From a virus: a DNA stretch of 64,000 bases. The translations under genes and the position numbers were made by a program. The first letter of the stretch is position 1; every line of letters starts with the position of its first letter. Under the pieces are notes generated by a model. It had not been told where the DNA came from, did not search any database, and saw only the letters and a program-made list of their open reading frames with translations. Shown here piece after piece: positions 19,125 to 30,600 of the stretch. The stretch lies in the IMG/VR virus record IMGVR_UViG_3300042868_011386, positions 25,458 through 89,457 of that record. One strand, given 5' to 3'.

Positions 19125-21665
19125 ATGCTCCTAAGTATAGCAAATTCTCGTCCGCGTAATATGGAATCCATTGGGGTGGAGGGACTCTATCCGTCGTCTT
19201 TACGAGAGTCAGCATCCTCACTTATCGGGTTTATTGAACAATACTATAATTATTTGAATAGTGTCGGACTCCCTTCAAACGAGATTGCAAACATCACTCG
19301 CGACAAAGACATTGATATTGTATCAAATAAATATTTGACTGAAATACAAAGTCTTATTGCACGAAATATACCAAATAGTCGTGCAGTTGATAAGGTTACA
19401 CTTTATCGAATTATTATACAGTATTATCGTACGCGTGGTTCAGAAGATAGTATACATACATTTTTTAAACTTTTCTTTGATGAAATTGTAGATATATTTT
19501 ACCCGCGAAACTATTTGTTTGACCTGTCTGGTGGATCTGGAAAATGGGCACCGCTTGATATACCTTCTCTCAGCGAGGTGTATACAAATCCAAATAAAGC
19601 TACATTAGAAATAATATCAGACTATAAAATAGGTCCATTTCCGTTTTCGGCAAAAGCACCATATGCAATAATTTTGCAGGCAATTAGCAGGAATGTATGG
19701 ACTTATAATGGTATTACAAAGGAAGTTAATTTACCTTATGTTGAACGCATAAATATATCTTCACAAGGGCAACCTCCAGTATTTAGGTGGTTGTACAAAT
19801 ATGGAAATGAGTTTGAGTTGTATAGTACTAATGATACAACTTGGCCTGATGAAGCGCAATGGCAAACGATTTCTCGTAATATTGAAAATTCTACAATTGG
19901 TACTACTGGCATTTCTCTTCTTGAATCTCAATCATTTTCTTTTTTGGAAAATAACACACTTGTTTTACTAGAAAATGGACAAGAGAATGAGGTAGTAACT
20001 ACAAAAAATATACAACATGACACTGTAGAAATAATACCAATACTTCCAACATTTGAACCAGAATTAGTACTTGATGAAAGTATTACTGGTCAAAACTTTA
20101 TTGATGAGTCTATACTAGCAAATGAAATAGTCAGTGAAAGAATAATTATTCTTGGAGACGATGATATTGACATTTCGCTCTATGGCTTAACTACAGAAGA
20201 AGAAGAATATTTACTTATTGAAAGAGGAGGAGAGCCAAATACAAATGCTCTTGTAGTTGAAAGCGGGTCTCGTGATGAAAAATTTATTACTATTCTTGAC
20301 AGCAAAAATATTGAATATTATCATCTATTTAGCATAGAAGCATTTCCACGTTACACAACAAAAATTGGAGATCTTGTTCATTCACTCGAGGATGTTATAA
20401 ATCCAACGATCAATGCGCAATTTTTACAATCAAAAGTTTATCGCTCTACGGATTTGGATCCAATATTATGGGTTGAAATTGACAAGAATATAGATGTTTG
20501 GAGTTATGCTGATAACAAGTCATTTGCCTCTGACTTATATAAGTTGCATGATGGCGAATATTGGCAAAAATATTCTTATCGCATACGCAGTATGCTTCCT
20601 CAAGAAGACTGGGTAAATGACTATTTACGATTTATGCATCCAGCTGGTTTAAAACTTTTTAGCGCAATACTGTATGAGTTTGTATCTCGTACTGCATGGA
20701 ATAATACAATTGATTATATTGCAAAAAGACCACAAGACAGCTATCTTTGGTTAAATGCGTATGAACCGCCAGTTGTTGGTTATCATACGCCTCGTTATCA
20801 GCCTGGATGGTTAACTGGAAACGAGCGTTTACTTACTATTATTCTAGAATATCTTAAGAGCAGTGGAAGCGAAGATGATTTTATCCGATTAATACGGCTT
20901 ATCATCAAAATTTTTACACAAAGCACCAATCCGCGAAATAAAAATATACACACTGAATATCAAAGATGGTTAAAATATCTTGATCCTAATGAACTTATAG
21001 CTGGGTATGCGGATAAAACAATTGATGAGGCAAACTCTCCATGGACAGACACCTCACGAGCTTTATTTAGTAATATTTCGTCATTTATCAGTTTTAAATT
21101 TAAAGATCCTTCTTATTATCCATGGTTCTATAGTGAGTTAATACCACTAGATCCATCATATGAAGACACTGACGATAATTATAATGAAGCGACTATAAGT
21201 TCGTTTGATATAGAAATGACACCGTATAATAATAGCACGCTTGAAGATAGAGAGCCTCTAGTATATGGATATGTACTTGAGGCTCAAAATGATGATGACT
21301 TTATAACTGAAAACAGCAGTGGTAGGTTTATTACTGAAGGTCAACCAGATATAAAAACAGTAATAAGTTTACTCTCTAATAAATCTACGGTAAAAGAAAA
21401 CGAAACTGTACGTTTCTATGCATTGACAAAAAATATACCAGAAGGAACAACTCTTTACTGGAGTGTTTCACAACCAAATATCTATCCTCAGTCTGGTACA
21501 ACAATTGTAAAAAATGAAGTAGCTGTTTTTAAAGCATTGCCTCTCATAAATTTTACAACTGGTGCACCTCAAACCTTTACCGCAACTCTTCGTCAGGGCG
21601 GTCCTGAAGGTCAAGTGCTCGTTAATAGTTTGCCGGTTACTGTAAATAATAATGTAGAGATATAG
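19125..21665 (+). CDS. Baseplate wedge initiator, gp7-like
   Basis: Y..RGSEDSI..FFKLFF.E.V.I.YP and LHDG.YWQ.YSY.I.S......W...Y....HPAG; follows gp6. Confidence 0.72.
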   Translation: MLLSIANSRPRNMESIGVEGLYPSSLRESASSLIGFIEQYYNYLNSVGLPSNEIANITRDKDIDIVSNKYLTEIQSLIARNIPNSRAVDKVTLYRIIIQYYRTRGSEDSIHTFFKLFFDEIVDIFYPRNYLFDLSGGSGKWAPLDIPSLSEVYTNPNKATLEIISDYKIGPFPFSAKAPYAIILQAISRNVWTYNGITKEVNLPYVERINISSQGQPPVFRWLYKYGNEFELYSTNDTTWPDEAQWQTISRNIENSTIGTTGISLLESQSFSFLENNTLVLLENGQENEVVTTKNIQHDTVEIIPILPTFEPELVLDESITGQNFIDESILANEIVSERIIILGDDDIDISLYGLTTEEEEYLLIERGGEPNTNALVVESGSRDEKFITILDSKNIEYYHLFSIEAFPRYTTKIGDLVHSLEDVINPTINAQFLQSKVYRSTDLDPILWVEIDKNIDVWSYADNKSFASDLYKLHDGEYWQKYSYRIRSMLPQEDWVNDYLRFMHPAGLKLFSAILYEFVSRTAWNNTIDYIAKRPQDSYLWLNAYEPPVVGYHTPRYQPGWLTGNERLLTIILEYLKSSGSEDDFIRLIRLIIKIFTQSTNPRNKNIHTEYQRWLKYLDPNELIAGYADKTIDEANSPWTDTSRALFSNISSFISFKFKDPSYYPWFYSELIPLDPSYEDTDDNYNEATISSFDIEMTPYNNSTLEDREPLVYGYVLEAQNDDDFITENSSGRFITEGQPDIKTVISLLSNKSTVKENETVRFYALTKNIPEGTTLYWSVSQPNIYPQSGTTIVKNEVAVFKALPLINFTTGAPQTFTATLRQGGPEGQVLVNSLPVTVNNNVEI

Positions 21666-21745
21666 AGATACCAACATACTCAATAACATCAAACACAAAT
21701 AGTTAATAGCGGTGAAAGTGTCTCACACACCTATTCATAAGATAA

Positions 21746-21753
21746 TATAAATA
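21746..21753 (+). promoter_or_regulatory. Late promoter
   Basis: TATAAATA 6 nt before ATG 21760. Confidence 0.78.
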
Positions 21754-21759
21754 TAGTAT

Positions 21760-22569
21760 ATGCCTGACGTAAAATTTTCACAACTTACCGCAATAACAGC
21801 AGCGCAGCCAGCTGATTATATACCAATTGTTGATGTTTCTAATCAATTTATGTCAGAAAATGGAAGCAACGCAATTATAACTGTTGGTGATCTTACCTCT
21901 TCATTTTTTGATGGTTTAGGAGATGGTTCAATAAGCATTTCTAAACTAGAAGCAAACCCAACCTTTACTGGCAATGTAATATTGCCGAGTACAACTACTA
22001 TTGGCAGTGTAAATAGTACAGAAATTGGTTTCTTGTCTGGTTTACGAAACAACGTTCAATATCAACTTGATAACCCATACTTTAATAACGGCACTGTAAT
22101 ACTTGGTCCTGGTATGGCTTCATCGGCTCCTCTAAAAATTAGTCCTGGTACTAATACAACAACGCTAACTTCTGGCAACATAGAATTTGACGGAACAAAG
22201 TTGTATGTTACAAATAGCACACCTACGCGTCAAGCACTTGCTACAGAATCGTTTGTCACTGTGGCCAATTTACATGTTGTAGTTAACACCTCTGCGTCAA
22301 CGCTCACTATAACTCAAGCCGATAACAATGAGTATATACGATGCTCTGCGGCAGGCGGTACTGCAATAACACTGGATGGATCTGGTGCATGGACAGTAGG
22401 CATGACAGTGACACTTCGACGTACTACCAGTGCTGGTGCATTAACATTAACTACTTCAAATGCAACAATAAATGACAATGATATTGCAAATGTTTTAGGC
22501 GGAGACACATTTGCATTAAAATGTGTTGATGTTACCAGTCCTACAAATAAGGTATTTGATTTTATTTAA
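21760..22569 (+). CDS. Tail fibre-related structural protein
   Basis: N-terminal VKFSQL and PTFTG.V.LPS.T.IG...EIG.LSG..N.Q.QLD motifs shared with the next two fibre genes. Confidence 0.6.
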   Translation: MPDVKFSQLTAITAAQPADYIPIVDVSNQFMSENGSNAIITVGDLTSSFFDGLGDGSISISKLEANPTFTGNVILPSTTTIGSVNSTEIGFLSGLRNNVQYQLDNPYFNNGTVILGPGMASSAPLKISPGTNTTTLTSGNIEFDGTKLYVTNSTPTRQALATESFVTVANLHVVVNTSASTLTITQADNNEYIRCSAAGGTAITLDGSGAWTVGMTVTLRRTTSAGALTLTTSNATINDNDIANVLGGDTFALKCVDVTSPTNKVFDFI

Positions 22570-22572
22570 TAT

Positions 22573-22686
22573 ATGTTATTATCTACATTAAAAAGGAAAC
22601 GTCGTCGTCGCGGTAATAACGGTAATAGTGGTAGTAATGGTAATCAAATTATCCATACTACTACTACTACTACTACTTTTGATTAA
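22573..22686 (+). CDS. Possible 37-aa low-complexity peptide
   Basis: MLLSTLKRKRRRRGNNGNSGSNGNQIIHTTTTTTTFD*; fills the intergenic gap; contains (ACT)7. Confidence 0.35.
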   Translation: MLLSTLKRKRRRRGNNGNSGSNGNQIIHTTTTTTTFD

Positions 22687-22695
22687 TGTGTGTCG

Positions 22696-22703
22696 TATAA
22701 ATA
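22696..22703 (+). promoter_or_regulatory. Late promoter
   Basis: TATAAATA 7 nt before ATG 22711. Confidence 0.78.
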
Positions 22704-22710
22704 ATAGCAT

Positions 22711-24045
22711 ATGGCTACAGTAAAAATTTCAGAGTTGACACCATTAAACAGCGCTTCAGTGACTGCTGGTGATCTTTTACATATTATCAATATAGAAGAA
22801 ACAACAGAAAATTATCCAACTGGTACAAATAAAAGAATTACAGCACAAAATCTTGCAAATGGTCTCGCCGGCCTAGCCACAGTAATTCCACAAACAATAC
22901 AAACTGCTTTAGACAACAAAGTATCACTTGAAAATTTTAATAATGCAAGTTTAAAAATTGCCGCTCCAGTAGCAGCTGCGACCACTACAGATATAGATCT
23001 AGCAAGTACACTAAATACAGTTCTTATTGATGGTGTACAACTTTTAGTAAATGACCGAGTGCTTGTAAAAAATCAAAATGATAATAGATTTAATGGCATC
23101 TATGTAGTAAACTCGGGAGTGCCTACTCGTGCAACAGACTTTGACACACTAACCGAAATTAATAATGGCTATGTGCTTGTAAATGGCGGAGACACTCAAA
23201 AAGGCAGCGCGTGGGCAGTAACGTCTACTATAGCAGTTGTCAACACTGATCCAATTGTATTTACTCAATTTGCTGCTGCAGTTACAAATATCAATAAGGC
23301 TTCTATAGGACTTGGACAAGTTAACGATACGAGTGACCTCAATAAGCCGCTGTCTACTGCAACAACTGCTGCGCTTGCCCTTAAACAAGGCACAATTACT
23401 GGAGCAGCATCAACAATAACGACAAACTATCTTGCTATTGACCGTGCATTAATTTCAAATGACACTGGCACAGTAGCTGTAAGCGCAATAACAAGCACAG
23501 AATTAGGCCGATTAACTGGTGTTAGTAGTAATATTCAAAATCAGTTGAATGCAAAGGCACCAATCAATAACCCAACATTTACTGGTACCGTTAACTTACC
23601 AAGTGGCACAAAAATTGATGGTACTTCTGTAGATCTTATTCCTGCAGGCGCGATTATGGCTTTTGCAATGAATAGCGCGCCAAGTGGCTGGTTAGCTTGT
23701 AATGGTAGCACTATAAATCGAGTAACTTATGCTAGACTATTTGATGCAATTAGCACATTATACGGGGCTGGCAACGGGACTTCAACCTTTAGATTGCCAG
23801 ATCTTCGCGGCTATTTTGTACGTGGTTATGGAGAAGATGAAGGATCTGGCGCTTTTGGAGCAAAACAAGCTGACGCGTTTAAGGCTCACACACACAATAC
23901 TATACAAACCATTGACCAAGGCGGTGGATTTGATGCGGGAGCAGGCAGACCTAGATATGGTGGAAGCGCAACAGCATCAAGTAGCACAGGCGGATCAGAA
24001 ACCCGTCCAAAAAACATCGCAATGCTCTATTGCATCAAAATATAA
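22711..24045 (+). CDS. Tail fibre with phage tail collar domain (short-fibre-like)
   Basis: IPAGAIMAFA....PSGWLACNG.......Y..LF..I...YG.G.G..TF.LPDLRG.F.RG; H.H; ETRP.N.A..Y.IK. Confidence 0.85.
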   Translation: MATVKISELTPLNSASVTAGDLLHIINIEETTENYPTGTNKRITAQNLANGLAGLATVIPQTIQTALDNKVSLENFNNASLKIAAPVAAATTTDIDLASTLNTVLIDGVQLLVNDRVLVKNQNDNRFNGIYVVNSGVPTRATDFDTLTEINNGYVLVNGGDTQKGSAWAVTSTIAVVNTDPIVFTQFAAAVTNINKASIGLGQVNDTSDLNKPLSTATTAALALKQGTITGAASTITTNYLAIDRALISNDTGTVAVSAITSTELGRLTGVSSNIQNQLNAKAPINNPTFTGTVNLPSGTKIDGTSVDLIPAGAIMAFAMNSAPSGWLACNGSTINRVTYARLFDAISTLYGAGNGTSTFRLPDLRGYFVRGYGEDEGSGAFGAKQADAFKAHTHNTIQTIDQGGGFDAGAGRPRYGGSATASSSTGGSETRPKNIAMLYCIKI

Positions 24046-24061
24046 TAATTAAAAAATAGCT

Positions 24062-26173
24062 ATGCCATTTAAAATTTCAGACCTTACTTCAGTCGACACA
24101 ATAGGCGTCAATGATCTTATACCAATTATTGCCGTTGATGATGGCACAATGGGAAGCACCGGCACAAACAGACGAATAGCTGCTGGGCTTGCGGCAAACC
24201 AAATTGCTGGATTAATTACGGTCGTTCCATCTATTGTTGTGACTGCCTTGTCAACAAAAGCAAACATTGACAGTCCTACTTTTACTGGAAGTGTTACATT
24301 GCCATCTACAACTGCTATTGGTCCAGTAACCGGCGTGGAAATTGGTCGTCTTAGTGGAATTACCAGTAACATTCAAACTCAACTAGATGGTAAAATATCA
24401 GCAATTGGTTCATCTTTTAGTGGCACTCCCACATTTTCAAATTCTTCAGCTAATTCATTAACAGCTGGGGCATTACACTGTAATGCGTCTACGGGTGCAA
24501 TACTCATTGACAATGGCGGCCATAAACGAATTTCATGGAATGATGGCGGACCTGGCGACTTTAATATTCGTGCTGGGCATTATAGAACTTCAACTGACGC
24601 AGTATTTGCAAAGGCACCAGCTGACACCAATGGCGGTGCTGCACGAATAACATTAAACACTGATGTTGCAGATGGTACAATTACATTAAGTACAGCAGCA
24701 ATTGGGACGCCCGGAACAACAGTAAGTTGGGCAAATAACTTTGCGTTAAACAAAGACTATGCCTATACTGATAAAAAGTTTGGAATTGGTTTAAGCACAA
24801 CTCCTGCTGCATTTTTACATATTAATGCTGGGTCATTAGGTGCAACAGCAAACTCGGAAGTTGAAATTTGTAGACTCTCTACAACTAATGCTAATGGCTC
24901 TAACCTAATAGTATCAACAAAACGAAACGCCGCTGGCGCTGATTGGACGACTGCTTCGACTCGCATAACACAACGCACAGACACCACTAATCAAGGTTAT
25001 ATTGAATTTAATCCTTCAAGTGTTACCGCTGGTTTGGCACTTGGATCTGGTGCTAACCAAGCAATTGTAATTGATAGTACTGGCAAAGTTGGTATTGGTA
25101 AAAACAACCCAGCGACTGCACTTGATGTCAATGGCACAGTTACAGCAACAACATTTAGTGGGTCATTTTCTGGGTCTATTACTGGAAACTCAGCTACATC
25201 TACACTTGCGGCAAAAGCAAGTACGCTTGCATCTGGTGGCGGAAATGGTAGTGGAATGACTTTCAACTGGACTCCTGGTACAGGCACTCAACCAACTTGG
25301 TTGTGGGGTGGAAATGACGCCACCAATATGTATGTCTATAATCCAAGTAACTTTAGCGTAGCTTATGCAGCAAGTGCAGGAGTTGCAAACAGATTAGCTG
25401 AATCATACAGTTTAAAAAGTGGAGCTTTAGACATGCGTAGTACTTGGGATAATCGTGGCACTGTATCATGGTCTAGAAATTTAGTTGGTCAGTATTACGA
25501 ATATACGTTAAATTATTCAGCTAGTAATGCCACTCTAAAATCTGCATGTGAAAGAATAGAGGTTGATCACTGGGTACCGGTGTATATACCAAACTTTTTA
25601 TATAGTGGTGCATATAAAGTTATAGCTAACAATACCGTAAACAAAACATTAACATTTAGAGTTAAACATACAAGTTTATTAACTGGATGGAGTACACCAA
25701 ATGTTGGAACTGGCAACAGCGGCACTGGTCTAACACCATTTGGCATAATTGCAGATCCATGGAATCGTTTTGTAGTAATGCATTCTACATTAGTATCTGA
25801 TACTGCAAATGCTGGCTTTCTTAGATCAGATAATGATGGTATGTTATGCTTTATAAATTTAAAAACTGGAAGTCAATTACCTCAAGGCTTTGGTGTCGAT
25901 CGTGCTCGTTTGAATATTAAATCTCATTATGGTGATTTTGGCACAACTGTCTATTATACTGGATTATTGCCAACTACAGCTCGTCAATTAGACTATTTTA
26001 ATGGAAGTACAAATCGTTCTAGAGGAGATGGAGAATGGTTTAATACTGACTATGCAACTGCAAATACGCACGATAATTATGTTTTTACCGATAAAACTAT
26101 ACCTATCGGCATTAGTACTGCTCCTCGCTATACTCATTTTGAAGTTGAGTATATTACTATTCCATATCCATAA
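24062..26173 (+). CDS. Tail fibre protein
   Basis: FKISDL N-terminus, G.VGIG...P...LDV.G repeats, QPTWLWGGND..NMYVYNPSNF fibre motif. Confidence 0.72.
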   Translation: MPFKISDLTSVDTIGVNDLIPIIAVDDGTMGSTGTNRRIAAGLAANQIAGLITVVPSIVVTALSTKANIDSPTFTGSVTLPSTTAIGPVTGVEIGRLSGITSNIQTQLDGKISAIGSSFSGTPTFSNSSANSLTAGALHCNASTGAILIDNGGHKRISWNDGGPGDFNIRAGHYRTSTDAVFAKAPADTNGGAARITLNTDVADGTITLSTAAIGTPGTTVSWANNFALNKDYAYTDKKFGIGLSTTPAAFLHINAGSLGATANSEVEICRLSTTNANGSNLIVSTKRNAAGADWTTASTRITQRTDTTNQGYIEFNPSSVTAGLALGSGANQAIVIDSTGKVGIGKNNPATALDVNGTVTATTFSGSFSGSITGNSATSTLAAKASTLASGGGNGSGMTFNWTPGTGTQPTWLWGGNDATNMYVYNPSNFSVAYAASAGVANRLAESYSLKSGALDMRSTWDNRGTVSWSRNLVGQYYEYTLNYSASNATLKSACERIEVDHWVPVYIPNFLYSGAYKVIANNTVNKTLTFRVKHTSLLTGWSTPNVGTGNSGTGLTPFGIIADPWNRFVVMHSTLVSDTANAGFLRSDNDGMLCFINLKTGSQLPQGFGVDRARLNIKSHYGDFGTTVYYTGLLPTTARQLDYFNGSTNRSRGDGEWFNTDYATANTHDNYVFTDKTIPIGISTAPRYTHFEVEYITIPYP

Positions 26174-26233
26174 TTGATATGTTCTGACGAATATATCATA
26201 ATAAGATGTTTAAATATTTAGGACAAAAAATTT

Positions 26234-26241
26234 TATAAATA
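26234..26241 (+). promoter_or_regulatory. Late promoter for gp8
   Basis: TATAAATA 18 nt before ATG 26260. Confidence 0.72.
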
Positions 26242-26259
26242 CATTAAATAAAACACAGT

Positions 26260-27648
26260 ATGGCAGCAATCGTAACAGACTCTTTTCGTAGAAACAACGC
26301 AAAATTCTTTTTAGACAGTATATCGTCTAATAGTACAAACTATTATGTCGGTCTTGGAAAATCTGATAAATGGACGCTTGACGAAGAATCATTGCAGCCA
26401 GGAGACATTCCAATTTCTTATGGAACCGAGGGCGAAAACAACGACATAAAATCAAATCTTGTTACGTTGCTTAAGATTAATAACACAAATGCTGAATGCG
26501 TAATTCCTCATATAAAATGGAAAGTAGGAGCACGCTACAAAGCATACAGCCCATATGATCCAGATTGCTTTTATCCAAGTGTTCTTGAAGGAGGAATAGA
26601 AATTAATCCTTGCTATGCAGTTATAAGTGGACGTATTTATCTTTGTTTAAAGGCTGGACAAGAAGGCACTGCTGGAATACCGGTAGCAACTGACTATCGC
26701 GCAACAACTGTTGGTGGTGATGGTTATGTTTGGATACTAATTGATAATATATCAACTGCCCTATCAAAGTTGCTTACTGACCAATTTATCAATATAACTT
26801 CAGGCACAGCACCGACTACAGTTGCACCAATAATTCAATCAGACGGTGGAGGATTACTTTATGGCTTTAGTGTATTATCTGGTGGCACTGGTTATGGTTC
26901 ATTAAATGAAGTTACATTTGTAGCACGCTACTCAAATGACACTACTGCTGAGATTGATTGCCCAGCTATTGCAGACGCAAACACTGGTGTACTTAAGAGT
27001 GTATTATTACCATCAAATTGGTCATACACTGATACTGAATCAAAACGCATAGTTGATGGATATTTTAAAATTGTTTCAACAGGTAGTGGTGCAGTTATAG
27101 TTCCTCATATTGCCCCATTGCGTGGCTTTGGTTATGAACCATCAGCAACGTTACCATCATGGTTTGTTGGAATTGCGGTTGACGCTGCAGATGATATATC
27201 TAGTGACGGTTTTTATATTCCATATCGTCAAATTTCAATTATAAAAGACGTTGAATATTCAGAAAGTGCCAGTCCTGATACATTAAGCGCAGCGCGTTAT
27301 TTGACATTAAATTCTTCTCCAAATTCTGCAATAACAGTAGGTGATATTTTGAAAATAACAGCTGCTGGTACTGAAGTGTATGCATATGCTGATATATACA
27401 AAGCAATAAATATCAACGGGAACATTTCTCATCGGTTATATTTTCACCAAAATTCGACAACTGGTTATGGAGTTATTCCAAGTTCTGGTACTGTAACTGA
27501 TTCTAAGGGAACATCTGTGACATATAATTCGGTAAATAACAGCGAATATACGCCTCGTACCGGCGAAGTAATATTTACCGAAAATCGTAAGCCAATCAAC
27601 CGTCAAAGCGGTCAAACTGAAGAAATTAAGATTATTATACAATTCTAA
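26260..27648 (+). CDS. gp8: Baseplate wedge subunit gp8
   Basis: MAAIVT..FR..NA..F, YY.G.GK...W, DGYVW, YRQI, GE.I..ENR.PI.R...QTE.IKIII.F. Confidence 0.88.
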   Translation: MAAIVTDSFRRNNAKFFLDSISSNSTNYYVGLGKSDKWTLDEESLQPGDIPISYGTEGENNDIKSNLVTLLKINNTNAECVIPHIKWKVGARYKAYSPYDPDCFYPSVLEGGIEINPCYAVISGRIYLCLKAGQEGTAGIPVATDYRATTVGGDGYVWILIDNISTALSKLLTDQFINITSGTAPTTVAPIIQSDGGGLLYGFSVLSGGTGYGSLNEVTFVARYSNDTTAEIDCPAIADANTGVLKSVLLPSNWSYTDTESKRIVDGYFKIVSTGSGAVIVPHIAPLRGFGYEPSATLPSWFVGIAVDAADDISSDGFYIPYRQISIIKDVEYSESASPDTLSAARYLTLNSSPNSAITVGDILKITAAGTEVYAYADIYKAININGNISHRLYFHQNSTTGYGVIPSSGTVTDSKGTSVTYNSVNNSEYTPRTGEVIFTENRKPINRQSGQTEEIKIIIQF

Positions 27649-30600
27649 TGTCCATTACATCATACAACACGACCTATCATGATGACTATATTTCATCTGG
27701 AAACAGCGATAAAAATTATCTGCGAGTATTATTTAAGCCTGGTTATAGTGTACAAGTAAGGGAACTAAATCAGCTACAATCTGCGCTACAAGACCAAATA
27801 AATCGCTTGGGTAGCAGCGTATGGAAAGCCGATACTGCAGTAGTTGGCGGTGGCACTTCATTTTTACCAGAGTTGCATTCATTAACAGTTGATCTCTCAA
27901 CTGGTGTGTCCAATGTTGCTGGGTCTAGTCTTACCTATGACCAAATTGCTGAAATTGCAAAGACAATTACATATGTTGGCACCGAATTACGCGGAGAGAT
28001 TATTGGTTATCGTAAAGAAGAGGGCACGGACTATACATTTTATTTTAAGTATATAACCAGTGGCGCAGGCGGTCAAACTACTTTTGACGGTGAAATTCCA
28101 AATGGTTTTAAACTTATATTGCGTTCAAGTAACTCTACTCTTTCTGAGAGCGAATTGCCAGTAATAAATGGTCTTACCTATGTCAATGATGGTTTTGCAT
28201 CAGGACTTGTCTGTGAAGAAGGGGTGTTTTATACAAAGGGGTCTTTTGTTGCGGTGCCTCGTCAAACATATTTTATCGACAAAGCTGAACTTGACACTCC
28301 ACTTACTGGATATGCAGTATTAAAAATTGACGAAGAGATTATATCATATTTTGATGACCCTAGTTTGCTTGACAATGCAAATGGCACGCCAAACTACAGC
28401 GCGCCCGGAGCTGACCGATATACAATTGACCTGACCCTAAATTGGATTTCTGGAGAAGACTATGCAAGCAGCACAAATTCTTATATAAAGTTACTTGTAA
28501 TAAATGCATCTCGTCCAGTTGAAATTGTTGAAACTGCCGAATATGCTGAAATAGTTGACATACTTGCAAAACGCACAAGTGAAGAGTCTGGAAACTATAC
28601 AGTAAATCCATTTACAATTGGTACTCGTGAAACGTTTGATGGCGACAATCTACCAGCTGACTGCATTGTAGTTGGACGCCGCTATCGTATTCAAGATCTT
28701 GGTAGCACAATTGCTCCACTTACTGATTGGGTAGGTTTGGGCGCAACTTCTCCTGCAGTTGTAGGTTCCGAATTTGTTGCAATTAAACCCCCTGGAGACG
28801 GCTCTGGAGACACCGCAAATGTAAATGGAGGACGAGTAAGTGAACTTGCCTATATTCATGGCTCTTATCGTGCTGACGAATTAGACCAAATTGGTTATGA
28901 TCTTTCTACAACAATTAAGAAACGTGAAGCAATTGAAAACGCACGAGAACAATATACAGTTACACTTGACCCGTCTGTCGCATATGTTGACGGTTATCGT
29001 GTAGCACTTGATAAAAGTTTAAACCTTACCTCTAAAAAGGCTCGTGAGCAATCAGAGGTTCGCATAAATACAAGCGCAAACATTGGCAGTTATTTTATTG
29101 GTAATATACAAAAAGCAAACACCACCAATTCAACCTTTCCATCAGTATCAACTATAAATACTCTTTACAACCTCTATGCATATGCCAATGGTGCACCAGA
29201 CAATAGTACATCTGGTGGTGTCATTATAGGCACATGTCGTATACGTGCATTTGAACCTACTGGCGGAGGCAGTACAGAGTTTCGTTGTTATGTGTATGAT
29301 ATAGTTTTTAATAACCCAACTACGACTCCACCAGATTGGGCAAATCGTAGATTTGATAACATTGATCAAATTGTTGGTTCAAGCTTTATGTTTAATGTTA
29401 AGGCGTCATATGCACTTTTAGAAAGCACCTCTAATACAGCACTTTTTCAACTGCCATATCCTCGTGCAACAGCGATGCGCGAAATAACATTATACGCTCA
29501 AAGACAATTTACTGGTACTACTAATGGAACAATTGTACTATCAGTTGATGGTGGTCGTACATTTACAGACACAAGCAACGTGTCCTTAATTGTAAATGGA
29601 GATATAAAGGTCCAGGGGACACATTACAATGCTGCATTATCAAGTGATGCATTAACGCTAACACTAACCCCAATAAGTAACGACTGGACAACTGGTCAAC
29701 CATACTCTGTTCTTGTAAAAATTGCTGTCAGCAATGCTGGAAGTATTGCGCGCGTTACAAAGAGTCGTGCAATTGCAGAGGACCTTGCTATTACTCCTGC
29801 GTCAGGCGGTGCAAATAAAATATACACTCTTATAAACACCGACATTATACGAATAACAGAAGTAAAGACTACATCAGGAATAATTATTACTGATCTTTTC
29901 ACACTCATTGACGATGGTCAACGAGACGCGATATACACAAATGGAAGAGTTCAATATACCGGCGCTTCAACAATAAGTGAAAATTTTTCCATTAAATATG
30001 AATATTATAGTCGACTTGGTGGAGTCACTGGTCGTGACCTTGTAATGTACAATGTTGACTCATATCGTCAAAATAATAATAGCATTGGTACTGCATATGA
30101 TGACATACCATCATATAAAGGATTAAAACTTTCTGATGCATTAGACTTTAGACAAGATATACTATACAGCGTCGATGGCGGTATCGTTGGTTCTATTATA
30201 GCAAATGGAAATAAGAGTCAAATTGATCCAAACACACCAGTATCATCATATACCACATTTTATTTACCGCGAATAGATGCTGTCACTGTAAACTCAAATA
30301 ATGAGTTTACAATTATAAATGGTCTATCATCATTGACTCCTGTTGAGCCAACTGTGCCTAAAAATGCAATGACATTGTATACCTTAAATGTGCCGGCATA
30401 CACACAAAATGTGTCTGACATAGTCAAGGTTTATATTGATAATCGTCGCTATACAATGCGCGATATTGGAGCAATTGAAAAACGCATTAGTAATATAGAA
30501 TATTATACTTCGCTTTCACTTCTTGAACGCTCTGCTGCCGATAAGAGTATATTTGACGACGCAGGTGAACGTTTTAAAAATGGCATACTTGTTGATAATT

